Shown: positions 38,691 through 53,583, counted from the stretch's first letter. The stretch is 64,000 nt of DNA from Eledone cirrhosa (GCA_964016885.1 OZ024740.1:121954001-122018000); one strand, 5' to 3'. Program-made: numbers and translations. The notes: generated by a model not told the origin, from the sequence alone.

Positions 38691-40566
38691 AATATATATA
38701 TATGTGTGTGTGAGTAAGTATTTGTGTGTGCGTATGGATGTATTTATACAAACACACATAAGCACACACATATAGACTCGCACCTGTCCACGCTTAGATA
38801 CTTAATGAATATGTTCATTTAGTAAGGAAATCAGAATAAATTTAATTTATGAAAGTATTGTAACCTCAAAATTAGAAAACAAAAATAAACGACACTAAAT
38901 AATCTTCTAACAAGTATACCAGTGAAACCTTAGCAGCTGATTGTTAACCAGGTTAGCAGTAGGATTTCACTGATATAGAGATGATTGAGCTTTAATAACT
39001 TATTGTTTTGCTCTAATTGCAACACTACATTCTTATCTTACTATTCATAATATTGCAATAAATTAAGTAAAATGAACAAATCATTGCTGTTATTGAAGAT
39101 TATATACATATAGATTAAATATATAAATGTATACGGTGACATAGATAGGTCTGATACACAACGCGCAAATTACATAAAAGCATCTAATTGAAGAGTGATC
39201 AAAAATTGACCTTCGATTTGACATATATTGGAAATAGTATTCCTAGGAACCTCATGGCTTATTGGTGAAAGTAATGAAGATTAGTACCAATCAGAATTGA
39301 CTAATTATCTGAGGTGATGACAATGACTTCAGTTAATCCTTTTTGTTTAATTTTGTGTAATTATAAACGGAAATCAATAGAAATCGTTAGGCGGTAAATT
39401 AAAACTTTGATTAGGCTATATTCATTAACCACTTCAATTAGAGATAAATTTCAATGAACAATTTTAGTTTTCATTAATTCTATTCACTGGATTTAAGTAT
39501 ACTGTTTTAGAATTCTAATACTTCAGAAAGTGTTACACACAAAGATGGGATTATTGTAATCATTATTGGATTATTATTTGATATAGATAATTTTGTTAAT
39601 CTTGTTGCATCGTTTTGATCGTGCATTAGCGACTATATATGTTTATTTGCAGGTAGCTGAATCCAGGTCCATGAATGAGATGATAATAAATTAGTAGTGA
39701 TTATAGCCAATGTTCTTTAGTGTATATCTTATATGCAAACCTATATACACATTAATACAAATACTGGAATTGCAGATTAATTATAAAAAGGAAGAGAATA
39801 TCAAATCCCCAAATCGGGAAGATTATGTATCACCATCTGAAGTAATTAAACACAAGATAGATTTTTAGTGTCAGTAATTGTGGATGATTCAACGATTTAA
39901 ATCCTTAGATATAGCGATGTGGATGTGATCAAAATGTCATATATCATCTCTCGTCACATCATCGAAACATATTGGCAAATACAAAATCTATTTGGTTTAA
40001 TCTCCTACACTATTTCTGCAATTTATGGCGTCGTATTTCCAAGATTTCTTAAAGCATACCTTCAGAATATAATGCGATCTATGCGTCTTTAGACACATGT
40101 GTTGATACGAATATAAAATGATGCCTATATACAATATGAAATTTGTACTTAATTTTTATAATCTATTTATAGAAAACGAAATAATAAATGGGCAAATTTA
40201 CTTTCAACACTAAATAAAAAAAATTAAAATATCTAGCAGCACGGTATTCTATGCAAATCAAAAATTTAGAAAGATATTGGTGTCAATCATTATGAGAAAA
40301 ATAAAATCCGTTCTCGTTTCAAGGCAACCACCGAAGCATTCAAACTGATCTATCAGGCATTTTGAGTAAAAGCAATTGGAAACCAGTTTAACTGAAATAT
40401 CACAATTAGAAACGTCCCGACTATTATACGACTACAAGTATGTTTCCAGCTTGCACTTATGTTATGAATACGGCACCTGTCTTTGATATACTGAATTAAG
40501 GACTTTACTGTTAATTCTCAAGAAGGATAAAACTAATTTCTGTCTCTATGTTCATTAATATATGTA

Positions 40567-40610
<44 letters not shown>

Positions 40611-40799
40611 TGTACGTGTATGCACATACATATATACATATATGTATGTGTCCTGTGATTGAAAATTAAAAAAAAAATGGCTTGACCTACAAATTCAACA
40701 CCAAATGAGGGAAACATGTTCAACCTTTCCACATCTTCTCTGTCTCAATGTTCTCTTAACGTAACATCTGCTCCAACCTCTTTTTTAAGATTTGTTTAC

Positions 40800-41870
40800 T
40801 ATACATTGATGATCTTACGCTTGGATTACTCACTACACGAATACTTTTGCGTTCCAAACATTCGCGGAACTAATTCACTGTCTAATACAAGATTCCTGGA
40901 ATCATAATGTGCTGCTATGATGGAATACATCCTAGAATGGAAACATAACCACAAATAATAAATGCTATTAACCATTGATAGGAACCTCACAAATATAACG
41001 CACCAAAATATACGTGAAGTGCGAGAGAAAGAAAGAAAATAAAAGGAACGGAAAAAACGACTATCAATTCACTGCTAAATAATTGTTTGAATCACATTAG
41101 ACAGAGAGAAGAAAAAAATAAATAACACCAACACGTGTTGCTCCCCACACGGATATAGTTTGTATATATAGTTTGTATTTGACATACCAACACACATATG
41201 TACGTGGGCATACGTATATGTGTATATATGTATGTGGTATGCTAATATTATACCATTCCTTGGAGCAAGCATACCCATTTACAGACTTTTTTATCCCATT
41301 GCAATGAGAGCCGTACTGAGCTGTTATAGTAGTCGCGAATTATTAAACATTATAGTTCGCCATATGTAACCCAACACACGAAGTACATAAAGATGTTGAA
41401 TTTGACATCGATGAAGGAAATTTGCTTGCATCAGATACCAATCATCTTGAGTTAATGAATGTTTACATTAAACATTTACCACGCTGCTTCATCAATTCTA
41501 ACGCATCCTTTAATCCAGCAGACTCTATCCATATCTTCATTGATGAGTTTACGCTTGGATTATTTGATTTCCCAATAGTCAAACATTCGCCCCAAATATT
41601 CGCGGCATTAACTCACAGTTTAATCCATGATGCTGGGAAGCAGAATGTGCTGTTATGATGGAATACATCCTAGAATTGAAATATAACCTCAAATGATAAA
41701 TCCTATTAACCATCGATAGGAACCTCACAGATTTAACGCACCGAAACATACTTGAAGAGCGAGAGAAATAAATAAAAACAAATGGAAACATAAAACAAAA
41801 CAAAACAAAACCGACCAACAATTCACTGCCAAATAATTTGAATCGGATTAGACAGAGAGAAAAAAAAAAG
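40800..41870. repeat. Diverged direct duplication, period ~735 bp
   Basis: CATTGATGA..TTACGCTTGGATTA..ATGATGGAATACATCCTAGAAT..GATAGGAACCTCACA..CAATTCACTGC at ~40800-41115 and ~41537-41865. Confidence 0.8.
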
Positions 41871-42299
41871 AGAATATATTTATTTGCTGTTGTACTGCCA
41901 AATGATGCCGAAAGCCACTTACCCTCATCTTCGGTCAAGAAGGCGACAGCAACAGGACGATACAACGCCCCGCATCTTCGGTAAAAGGAGGCACTCGAGC
42001 CTCAGCCCGAATTGGTAGCAGTTTCATATACCACCACCATTAACAAGACATGTGTGTATACATCAACATCTTACCAGCAATCACTACCATTACCTTTAAC
42101 AAGAAGAAGCCAACTCCAGCATCAGGAACAGCAGCAACAACATATGTTTTCAGGATTGTATGACTTAACTCCAGCCATAAGGTCCTACGAGAAACTGCTA
42201 ACATGCTCGCATGCGTGCGTGCTGAATTCTGGATCTTTCTGCTGGGAACAATCCCCTATTTTCTACCCCCGCTCTTAGTTTTTTTGTTTTTTTTTATAC

Positions 42300-43740
42300 A
42301 TTCATCCATTCACTCAGTCATTCGCTAACATTCTACCTTCTTGTGTATCCCCCTCCATGCACCCCTTCTTTTTTCTCTTGTCTTCTGACGCCTCTATATC
42401 TGATGTAGGTGAGCTATGAGGCCTTCTCACCAGCATTTTCCCTTTCACCCACACACGCCAGCCACTCACCTCTGATGCCACTCGGTGCCCCATTCCCAAG
42501 CCCCACGCCCCATCACCCATCCGCCCAAACCGACACCTGCAGCACTTGCAGCACCACTAACAGACGGAAGAGGGGCCTGAACTGTTAAGGGTGCGGCTGT
42601 TTCCACCACCTCACCTGTGTTGGCTTGACACGTCGAGCTTCCAGTGCTCTCAGTGCTCTCAGATGCAGAAACTGCCTCTTCCACGCGTCTGCCCAGCAAC
42701 GGCCGTCTGGCACACCACCAGATGAGACAGCGAGCTTGCCTGACGCCCAAGCCTCAGTGGTCAATATCGCTCGGCTCAGGCGGCTCCGAAGTATCCCACT
42801 CATGATTCCGAAAGCGGTCCGGATGCCGGTAACCGATGCCCTCACTTCCTCGATTGAGAGAGCCCTGGAATCCAATCGAGCAAGCTACTGGGAGCGACTC
42901 TTTAATTTCGCCTCACTCGCCCTCAGCCTCCCCAGCTCTGGCGCTGACCGGGGTTGCCGGTCGACAGCAGCCTTCGCCAAGAGCAATGTTTCGTTCTTTG
43001 GGCAAGCGCCCATTCCAAGCGTGCCTAGGGACGCCAACCCCCCACCCCGAGTACCCCCAATCCTCCAGCCTTGAGGCCAGTGCCAAGCGTTTGCGTGACC
43101 GCGTAAATGCTAAATTAATCATGGGTGATGTCTCGGCCGCCGTCAGAGTAATTGCCTCAGAGGACACTGTCCTCCAACCCACCGAGGAGGTCCTGGCTGC
43201 CCTGCGATTGAAGCACCCTGAGCCACCCACTGATCTCAGACCCATACACCCACCCGTCTACCACTTGCTCCATGTGGCTTGGACCCTCACGCCCGAGGCC
43301 TCTTTTTTTCGGCTAGCCTCACCGCTCTCAGGAAGAAAGAGGGTGGCATACGTCCCATCGCTGTGGGCAATGTCTTCCGGAGGCTGGCTGCCAAGGTGGT
43401 CTGCAGGTCCATAACACCTGAACTGGGTAAGCAATTCAGTCCGGTTCAACTGGATGTCAGCGTATCCGGTGGCTGTGAGGGAGCCGCACATTCAACCAGG
43501 CAATTCTTCAACAGCTGCCCACCGGAACCGGCATATAGGGAATCCAGGCACCTCACTGTTCTCGGCTCTAGGGCTACCTCCCTACTCACTATCATAGGCG
43601 CTGTGTTGGCCAGCCGCAGGTGTGAGACCCGCGAGTTGGAGTGGCTTTCCCAGCGCGTCTTCCTTGCCGTCCTCCGTGGAAGCGCCATCTCCATTATGTC
43701 CGCCGGGGCTGTGATGGTGGGGCTCCCTCACGTATAATTC
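42300..43740 (+). pseudogene. Internally deleted CRE-like non-LTR retrotransposon
   Basis: GC-rich island; IPKAVR, GDVSAAVRVIAS, LRLKHP, FFSASLTALRKKEGGIRPIAVGNVFRRLAAK, GGCEGAAH, then jumps to C-terminal WLSQRVFLAVLRGSAISI. Confidence 0.8.
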
Positions 43741-46612
43741 CACTGAATCAAGTTTTTAAAGCAAGCACGTTGGTTACATATAGGTCACGATTATGTTAAC
43801 AGTAGCATTTTGGCTCACTAACCACTCAACACCAAACCAATAAGCAGAACTGATCTTCTTACAGTCCATTTCTAATCATCCACCTTTTACATCCACCTAA
43901 TTACGAACGATTATTTTACCGTGTTCTGATCCTACTCGTTAATTTTTATCACAAAACTAAGTTACAATAAATGGAGTCACTTCGACTTTATAGCTGCTAT
44001 AATTATGTGCAAAATTTCAGCTAATATTTTGGAAGTTTATGACACTATATAAATGTATGAATACAATTGAAAGAGACAATTGATGTTTCTTGAAAGAAAT
44101 ATGATTGATGTATGTTTTCGTGAGCTTACAGCTAATACCAATGCATTTCGACGAATTAATTTTGTGATAATCTATTATTAAAGCGATCTATTTAACATAA
44201 TTTTGATGACAGCATAAACATGTTTGGGAATCTTCTACTCTGTGAGACAACACTTTATAAAATCATATGTAAATGCTTACACAGCACACCATTATTACTG
44301 ATATGGTATTAAAGCCAGATAATCTAATAGTACCTGGCAGAGAAAGATTCTAGAAGGGCGACGACTTAAATGTAAGATTGGAAAAGGAAAGTAAGTTCAT
44401 GAACAATATATTATAGAAAACATTGATATGTATGTTAGTTGCCATATTTAAGTTTACAATAAAACACAAAGAGGGAGAGAGAGAGATAGAGAGAGAGAGA
44501 GGGGGAGAGAGAGAGAGAGAGAGAGGGAGGGAGGGAGAGAGAAAAAGGACAGAACATAGTACGTGGTACCAATGTAACAGACATACTATTTAGGACTTTC
44601 ATTTAATAAATCACGTAAATGTTACTCTTTGTAGCAATAAAAGTTTAAATTTGAGAAACAGTCAACAATGATTTCAATTAAGATGTTGTGATATATATAT
44701 ATTTATATATGTCAGGAGTATTTAATATGATTTTGTTCATATTTACCGATTCGTACATTAATTCACATCAATAACAATTATTATCAGTATTGATTCAAAT
44801 TGTCTGGCACTTATAGAGTGAGGTCGTTGTTCATATTAAGATGAGGTTGACATTAAAGTGCGTTTTGATGACATGGATACATGGGTACATGGGTGTCAAA
44901 TTATTTACAAAACGAAGAATCCGTTATGGGTCCTTGGAATACGAATGTCAGTTGGAAAACTTAAAAAATAATTCACAGGTTGTATAGAACATGGAGGTTT
45001 GTGTAAAATCCTCAGATAGCATGTTAAACATTCTCAAATGTCGTGAACAGAATAGTAAATATTTCATTTATGAACCTTCAAATACTTGACATTTTGATTA
45101 TTTTCAGTTACATTAAATAATATATTTATATATAATCGAGATATATTTGAGTATTATGATATCTAACAACTAGAAAAATAAGCAATTAAAATTCTTGCAG
45201 TATTTCATTCAACATTAATGTACACCACTTATTAATAAATATTTCGTCCAGTTGTTTAAGACAAGAATACTGCTTCCTCATTTAAGTGTGACACATCATT
45301 CGTATATTGATAGTATCATTATTTTAATGATATGAAATGTTCTAAATTTATAATTGAAAATGGGGAGATATGATTTGAGTCGATATATTTCGATAAAAAC
45401 AAAAAAAAAGAACTATTTCCGTATATTAGGCTTTTAAAAGATGGTAGTGATTCTTTTATAATTATCATACATTAAACAGTATTTAAAACACATGAGTGCC
45501 CATGGTGTCTATAGTGCTGAAGTATTTAGTCATTAAGTGTGTTATCAAGTTATTATTTTACATCGAAACATATATGGAGGAGTTAATTAGCTTTGATTAG
45601 TTTGACTTACTAATAGAGTTTTAACTGTACGTTCAGCAAGTGTACATAGAAAATGATTAGTATCAATCTTAACGAGGGCGTCCTGGGAAATGGAAACTTC
45701 GAATGTAACCTAATATATTTTAGGTGCTGCTTTACCTTAAAATGATGAGTAATTTACTTTTCTCAACAAAACAATTTCTATTTAATTCATTAAGTATCTA
45801 ATAAAATGTGAATTCTTCATTGAACCATTACATCTATAAATACATCGTTTATACAATTTTAGATTCATAAAATTTCCTAGGTCATCATCACTAAAGATAA
45901 AGAACAAGGCATTATTTACAGATAATTACGTATATCTATTCCATTCGTTATTTCAGGCAATATTTCGAAAATACATGACACTACATAAAGGTTTGAATAA
46001 AATTGGAATATAAGGTGGAGGTTTGTAAATTGGGAAACGTGATCGATGTATACTTTCTTGACCTTAGAGCTAATATCAAGTTATTATGACGAATTAATGT
46101 TCTGATAATCCATCTATAATGTGATCTTAACTTAAATTCTACGGAAACATCTGTGCGAATTGTCTTTTTGTTATACAGCAATTTTGTAAAAATAAAAGTT
46201 AATGTTTAGTTGATACACCATTACTTGTTATATTGTCTCAAAATTAGATATAGTAATAGTACGTTCCATGCAAGTGTTAAAGGATGCTGACATTCTAAAA
46301 GTGAGATTAGCATGAACATACTTGGGAAAGGACAATACGTTCGACAAGAAACATTTAGTGCAATCATTGGAAAGTAAGTTAGTTATATGATTTCAGTTGA
46401 CGCTAAATCATAAATGGACATTGACAACGATATGGGTAACATAGATCAAACTGGCTCTTGCAGAAATATGTTATAAACGGTACAAACATGGCACAGCAAT
46501 GTTTATTTATTCTAGACGTTTATTTTATAATTCACGGATATATTCTTTTTGGAAGCATGTTACGGATAATTGCGTACATCTATTATATTGTTTTCAGTTG
46601 GTTTCTCGCTAT

Positions 46613-46775
<163 letters not shown>

Positions 46776-46776
46776 A

Positions 46777-47745
46777 AGGGGGAAGAAAAAAATGGCTTCA
46801 CTTGTGCTTTCAACAAATTTATTTTCTTCACAAAATCCAAAAATAATTTTTTTCCGGATTAGAACATTTTTTTTTTCTTAAAAAAAATATTTTTATAAAT
46901 TAAGTTGTTGGTTGTTGGTTAGGTCTTGGGAGTTCTTGGTTAACGTAGGAGGTATTGTTTCGTTTTTAGAAAGACCTTTCACTCTGTGGTGCGCTTGTCA
47001 AACTGATGTGTATGTGGTGTGTTGTTCTATATATAGGGATTTAACATGTATGTGGTGTGGTGGGGGGGGGGGTTCTCCCCCTTTAATAAGTGTAGGGGTG
47101 TAGGTGTGTAGAAAAAATGTTAATAACAATAATGAGTTGAGACAGTGAGTAGGGTTGGGTGGGGAGAAATATAGCAAGTGCGGCCTGCCCCGGTCATTCT
47201 CGAAAAATTGCTTTATTCAGTGGAAAAAGATTTTAGTATTCCTTTGTTTCGAAGATGGTCATAGGCAAACCGCACCTGCCAAGCTTGTAAACAATTTTTT
47301 TTTTCTGAAGAATTTTTCTACATCCATCCCCAAATTAGTCCTTTGTTCAATACACACATATGTGCGTATATACGTACATACACACACGGGCATATGCAGG
47401 AATATATAGGCACCCAGCATCAATCACACACCCATGTACATATACATCCACATACATACATAAAAACATATAAAGACACATATAAAAACACATATACACA
47501 TACGTACACACACGAATATGTACTCATACCTCCACATGGGTATATATATATATATATACATACATACATATACATACATATACACACATAAATATACATA
47601 ACTAAATATACATATATACACATACACGCACACATACACACACACATACACACACGTGTGCACACACACACACACACACATATACATATGTCCGTATATA
47701 TACATCCGTTCACACATCCATGCATACACAAACACACATACACAC

Positions 47746-47783
<38 letters not shown>

Positions 47784-47787
47784 GCAT

Positions 47788-47818
<31 letters not shown>

Positions 47819-47881
47819 CATATATACATATATATATACACATAAACACATACATACACATACACACATATACATACATAT

Positions 47882-47974
<93 letters not shown>

Positions 47975-48032
47975 CACATACACATACAAACACATACATA
48001 CACACATACATATATACACATACATATACATA

Positions 48033-48064
<32 letters not shown>

Positions 48065-48129
48065 CATACATACACATACATACACACATATATATACATG
48101 TACACACAAACACATAAAGACACATATAT

Positions 48130-48180
<51 letters not shown>
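46777..48180 (-). repeat. ~1.3-kb inverted repeat, left arm (partner 57876-59183)
   Basis: Unique part 46777-47540 and the microsatellite pattern are reverse-complemented at 57876-59183 (mirror ORFs MGGEK.., NVGGIVSF..). Confidence 0.9.
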
Positions 48181-48189
<9 letters not shown>

Positions 48190-48190
<1 letters not shown>

Positions 48191-50934
48191 ATATAGATAA
48201 CTATGGGAAAGACCAAGAATATGAAGATAACTATGGGAAAGACCAAGTAAAACCCAGAAAACAAACCCATAGGAAACCCCAGAACTCAGGAAAATACAAC
48301 AACACAAGAAATGAAGCACCCACACACAATAAACCAACAACAACCAGATATTGGGTAACCCCAAACACACAACTACATACAGATCCAATACTCAACACCA
48401 CAACCAGATACAACAACTGCCATAACACCAAGAACAATTACCGGAGACAAAATCAAAGACACATGAATACTGAACGGAACAACAGAAGAAGCAGACCCCC
48501 ATACAGCAACGACCACGCAAGAGTCTATCGCCCACCCACTTACCGGCATGAAGTTCCGGCGGGCCAAAAGTTTCACCACAACAGAAACAACCCTATCCCA
48601 AATGGCACCCGTTTTTTAGGACTAGGAGCCTCGCACCAAATGAAAGAAAAAAAGAAAAAAAGCACCACCTTTCAAGTGGCAGCTGACGAGAAAGAACCAA
48701 TCGAACCAAAAATAATCAATATATCAGCCAAGAAAATAACACAACCAGAAATACAACTGTTAGAAAATGGACTGAAGTTCACTCCCACTCCGAAAGCAGA
48801 TACAGCCGATGTTATAAAAGACACAGAAGAATACTGTCAAAAATTACGCTTAGGAGAATTCTTCCAGGGTGTACAATACGAGGAAGAATCACTGGTGAAA
48901 AACAAAAAGAACTTCACACCCCCGCTAAATAGAGATAGATACCTGGAGGAGTACATAACCTGCCTTCGCCGATCAGCACGTACAAATACGGCCGAGACGA
49001 AACACAAACGCAACATCCCTACAGACCAACTACTAGCATTGAACAAGCTACAAAGGGGTTCCTCAATAATAATAAAATAAGCGGACACAGGTGGAGCAAT
49101 CGTCATCATGGACATAAACCACTACACAGATATGGTTCTAGCACACTTGAATGACGAAAACTTCTACAGGAAAATCACTAAAAACGAAGAAAGGAAATCG
49201 AGGAACCAAATAGGCAAACTAACAACAAAGTACCAAAACAACCTAACACCAAAGAAGTAGATTACCTTACCAACTTCGAAATGAAAACCAGCAATTTCTA
49301 TGGATTACCAAAAATTCACAAATCCATAGAAATCTAAAACAACATAAAAGGGAAAAATACATCATACTTCGAAGTACCAAAACCGACAGACTTAAAATTA
49401 CGCCCCATTATTGCTGTCCCAGCCTCAAGCACACAACGTCTAAGCAACCTATTAGACATCATACTCAAACCCCTATGTAAAAAAGTTCCAAGCTACATCA
49501 GAGATGATGTGGAATTCCTTAACTATATCCCCCAAAAAGTACACCAGGATACAATCCTAGTCAGTTTTGATGTGATAAGCCTGTACACTAACATCCCACA
49601 CGACCTAGGGATTGAAGCTGTGGACTTCTGGATTACAAAACACTCAAGTCACATTTCAGAAAGATTCCCCAAAGAATTCATCTTGGAAGGACTTAAATTA
49701 GTATTGGAAAACAACCAATTCCTCTTTGACAACGAACTTTATCTACAAATAAAAGGAACAGCCATGGGTACCAAAGCGTCCCCTACATATGCAACGCTCG
49801 TACTTAGAGGCAAAATTATATTCACAACTGCAGATAACATTCAGTCACGACTTCGCCTTCTACATTAATAAAAACTGGAAACATTACCTAGATGACTGCT
49901 TCATCTTCTGGAACAGAAGCCAAACAGACCTACAAAAATGTTATTCGATCTTAAACAGGCTTCATGAAGCTATACAATTCACCATGGAATGTAACGAAAA
50001 GGAACTGCTCTTTCTAGATATCCTCATCATCAAAGAAGGGGAAAATATCATAACGGACCTATTTTGCAAACCCACTGACACACACCAATACTTAAATTTC
50101 CGGTCAGTACACCCCTCACATACGAAAAGTAACATTCCCTTCAACATGGCGAGGCGCATCTGCACTATAGCAACACACCCCGTACTACAAGAAAAAAGAT
50201 TATGTGACCTGAAAAAATTCCTTAAAAAACAAGAATACCCGATGAAACTCATCAACGCAGCCATCTCCAAGGTTAAGAACATCCCAATAACAACACTGAG
50301 AAAACCAAACCCACAACATAAAAAAGAAAACCCTGCTATCTCTTTTGTCATCACTCACAACCCAGGGAACATCAACATTGTGAAAACTGCTAAGCAGTAT
50401 CTCCCGATTCTACAGCATTCTACCAAAATGAATGCACTCTTAAAAAAGACACAGATAATTTATAGCAGACGCCAAGCACCTAACCTTAAAAAACTAATTA
50501 CCAAGGCAAAATTTACGACCAACATGGAATCAATGCAAGTGACGAAATGCGGGGACCCTAGATGTGGAACCTGTGAACTCATCGAAGAGGGCAAACAGTT
50601 GTCCTTCAAAAACCATGATAATTTCAAGGTCAATGCAAACATGAACTGCAAAACGAAAATCCTAATATATTGCGCAACATGTCCACAGTGTAAAGAGTAT
50701 TACATTGGGGAAACCGGAACGGGACTACATGATAGAGTCCGGGTACATAAACAACAAATTAAAGACCCAACAGTCAGAAATACCACATATAGCTCACACT
50801 TTGCATCATGCGGGAAGAGAAAATTCACAATCTTCCCTTTCTTCAAGATATGGTCGGATAACGAACATTTCCGCAGATATAAAGAGGAATTCTTCATTGA
50901 AAAATTTAAACCACCACTGAACACGAAAAAATGA
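48190..50934 (+). pseudogene. PLE polyprotein (RT + Cys linker + GIY-YIG; Neptune-like), lightly decayed
   Basis: LLENGLKFTPTP, IIIK*ADTGGAIVIMD, FYGLPKIHK, SFDVISLYTNIPH, QIKGTAMG, YLDD, CGDPRCGTC, LIYCATCPQCKEYYIGETG; a few stops and frameshifts. Confidence 0.93.
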
Positions 50935-51448
50935 ATTAACACTCGGTGGTAAAATTCCATTTCACTACCCCCCACCCTCTTCGTATGTATACACATGAAT
51001 ATCTGAGTGAACGGTGAGACACACACATATATATGTCTAGGTATGTATGGATGTATGTACGTGTGGGTATATATGTGTGTATGTGCGTGTATATATATGT
51101 ATGGATGTGTGCATGTTTGTATTGTGTGTGTATATATATATATATATGTGTGTATGTGTGTATATATGTGTATGTGTATATGTATGTATGTGTATATTTG
51201 TATATATATATATGTATATATATATAATTAAGTTAAAGATGTACATCCATATATGTATACTGAAATACTAGTATGTATATGAATACACACACGTATACAT
51301 ATGTAGATGTACCAAGTTTTTTCACTGGTCACTTTACTGTGAGTGGCCAGCTATTCTGTATGTAAGCACACAGACAAACCGGTTTTTAGAGTCATATTGG
51401 TCTTTGAGGAAACACCTTTCCTCTATTCTCCAGAAAGCCAGACAAGGA

Positions 51449-51491
51449 ATATTGAACTAGTTTCGTTGTTGTTACAACTCATCAGCAATAT
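51449..51491 (-). ncRNA. Type I hammerhead ribozyme
   Basis: Minus strand ATATTG-CTGATGA-GTTG TAACAA CAAC-GAAA-CTAG-TT-CAATAT. Confidence 0.88.
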
Positions 51492-51915
51492 TTACCTATC
51501 TTCCGGCCTTTCTAGAGAATCGTAAAAGCACATATCGTTATATGATTTTTCTATGAAAATTAGTAGTGGGCAGACTAATTTGCATAGAGTGTGAGTAAGT
51601 GCCGGTTCAACGGAGACGATAAAAACAAATAAAGAAACGAAATTAAATTTCGTTTCGTTTGTAACTCACTTTTGTATGACTGACGCTTAAACAATTAAGT
51701 TAAAGATGTACATCCATATATGTATACTGAAATACTAGTATGTATATGAATACACACACGTATACATATGTAGATGTACCAAGTTTTTTCACTGGTCACT
51801 TTACTGTGAGTGGCCAGCTATTCTGTATGTAAACACACAGACAAACCGGTTTTTAGAGTCATACTGGTTTTTGAGGAAACACCTTTCCTCTATTCTCCAG
51901 AAAGCCAGACAAGGA

Positions 51916-51958
51916 ATATTGAACTATTTTCGTTGTTGTTACAACTCATCAGCAATAT
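51916..51958 (-). ncRNA. Type I hammerhead (stem III palindrome mutated)
   Basis: As above, but GAAA-ATAG-TT. Confidence 0.75.
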
Positions 51959-52284
51959 ATACCTATCTTCCGGCCTTTCTAGAGAATCGTAAAAGCACAT
52001 ATCGTTATATGCTTTTTCTATGAAAATTAGTAGTGGGCAGACTAATTTGCATAGAGTGTGAGTAAGTACCGGTTCAACGGAGACGATAAAAACAAATAAC
52101 GAAACGAAATTAAATTTCGTTTCGTTTGTAACTCACTTTTGTATGACTGACGCTTAAACAATTAAGTTAAAGATAACTTACTCACACTCTATGCAAATTA
52201 GTCTGCCCACTACTAATTTTCATAGAAAAAGCATATAACGATATGTGCATTTATGATTCTCTAGAAAGGCCGGAAGATAGGTAT

Positions 52285-52327
52285 ATATTGCTGATGAGTT
52301 GTAACAACAACGAAACTAGTTCAATAT
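52285..52327 (+). ncRNA. Type I hammerhead ribozyme
   Basis: Intact core CTGATGA at 52291-52297, GAAA at 52312-52315, palindromic ACTAGT; predicted cut after 52321. Confidence 0.9.
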
Positions 52328-52751
52328 TCCTTGTCTGGCTTTCTGGAGAATAGAGGAAAGGTGTTTCCTCAAAAACCAGTATGATTCTAAAAACCGGTTT
52401 TTCTGTGTGTTTACATACAGAATAGCTGGCCACTCACAGTAAAGTGACCAGTGAAAAAAATTGGTACATCTACATATGTATACGTGTGTGTATTCATATA
52501 CATACTAGTATTTCAGTATACATATATGGATGTACATCTTTAACTTAATTATTGAAGCGTCAGTCATACAAAAGTGAGTTACAAACGAAACGAAATTTAA
52601 TTTCGTTTCGTTACTTGTTTTTATCGTCTCCGTTGAACCGGTACTTACTCACACTCTATGCAAATTAGTCTGCCCACTACTAATTTTCATAGAAAAAGCA
52701 TATAACGATATGTGCTTTTACGATTCTCTAGAAAGGCGGGAAGATAGGTAT

Positions 52752-52794
52752 ATATTGCTGATGAGTTGTAACAACAACGAAACTAGTTCAATAT
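52752..52794 (+). ncRNA. Type I hammerhead ribozyme
   Basis: Identical motif 467 bp downstream; predicted cut after 52788. Confidence 0.9.
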
Positions 52795-53084
52795 TCCTTG
52801 TCTGGCTTTCTGGAGAATAGAGGAAAGGTGTTTCCTCAAAAACCAGTATGACTCTAAAAACCGGTTTGTCTGTATGTTTACATACAGAATAGCTGGCCAC
52901 TCACAGTAAAGTGGCCAGTGAAAAAACTTGGTACATCTACATATGTATACGTGTGTGTATTCATATACATACTAGTATTTCAGTATACATATATGGATGT
53001 ACATCTTTAACTTAATTGTTTAAGCGTCAGTCATACAAAAGTGAGTTACAAACGAAACGAAATTTAATTTCGTTTCGTTATTTG

Positions 53085-53130
<46 letters not shown>

Positions 53131-53258
53131 TATGTGTTTATATGTGTGTGTGTATGTATATGTATGTATATATATATATGTGTGTGTATGTATGTGCATA
53201 TATGTATATATGTGTGTACATATATGTATGTTTCTGTATGTGTATATGTATGTAGACG

Positions 53259-53371
<113 letters not shown>

Positions 53372-53583
53372 TTCGTTTCTGAATTTGTTTAGCAAGATTC
53401 TTTATCTGAAATCGTCTGTTGAAACCGATATTGTTATACTTTGGGAGGGTCATGTTGAAATAAGAAACACACGCACCAGTTACTTTCACTTCAATTTATT
53501 ATAATAAATTTATAATAAATTTATAAATTTATTATAATAAATTGAAGTGAAAGTAACTGGTGCGTGTGTTTCTTATTGGCAAC

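Larger units (their letters stand above)
51226..53091. mobile_element. Palindromic array of a 467-bp hammerhead-bearing unit (retrozyme-like)
   Basis: Units start at 51226, 51693 and 52160 (15 bp only); inverted ~2 units at 52176-53091; flanked by (TA)n; copies nearly identical. Confidence 0.9.

Noticed and set aside
52191-52198. ATGCAAAT octamer as an snRNA-type promoter (also at 36112)
   Set aside because: Conservation is explained by its position in a conserved RNA helix; no PSE or TATA context identified
51343-52900. Four copies of a 60-aa ORF (MASYSVCKH..)
   Set aside because: GTG start, antisense to the hammerhead, identical only because the unit is repeated, and no counterpart in the ORF track for the 424-bp relative
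51226-53091. CRISPR-like array or LTR pair
   Set aside because: Units are whole near-identical repeats without unique spacers; no TG..CA ends, PBS or PPT; eukaryotic context
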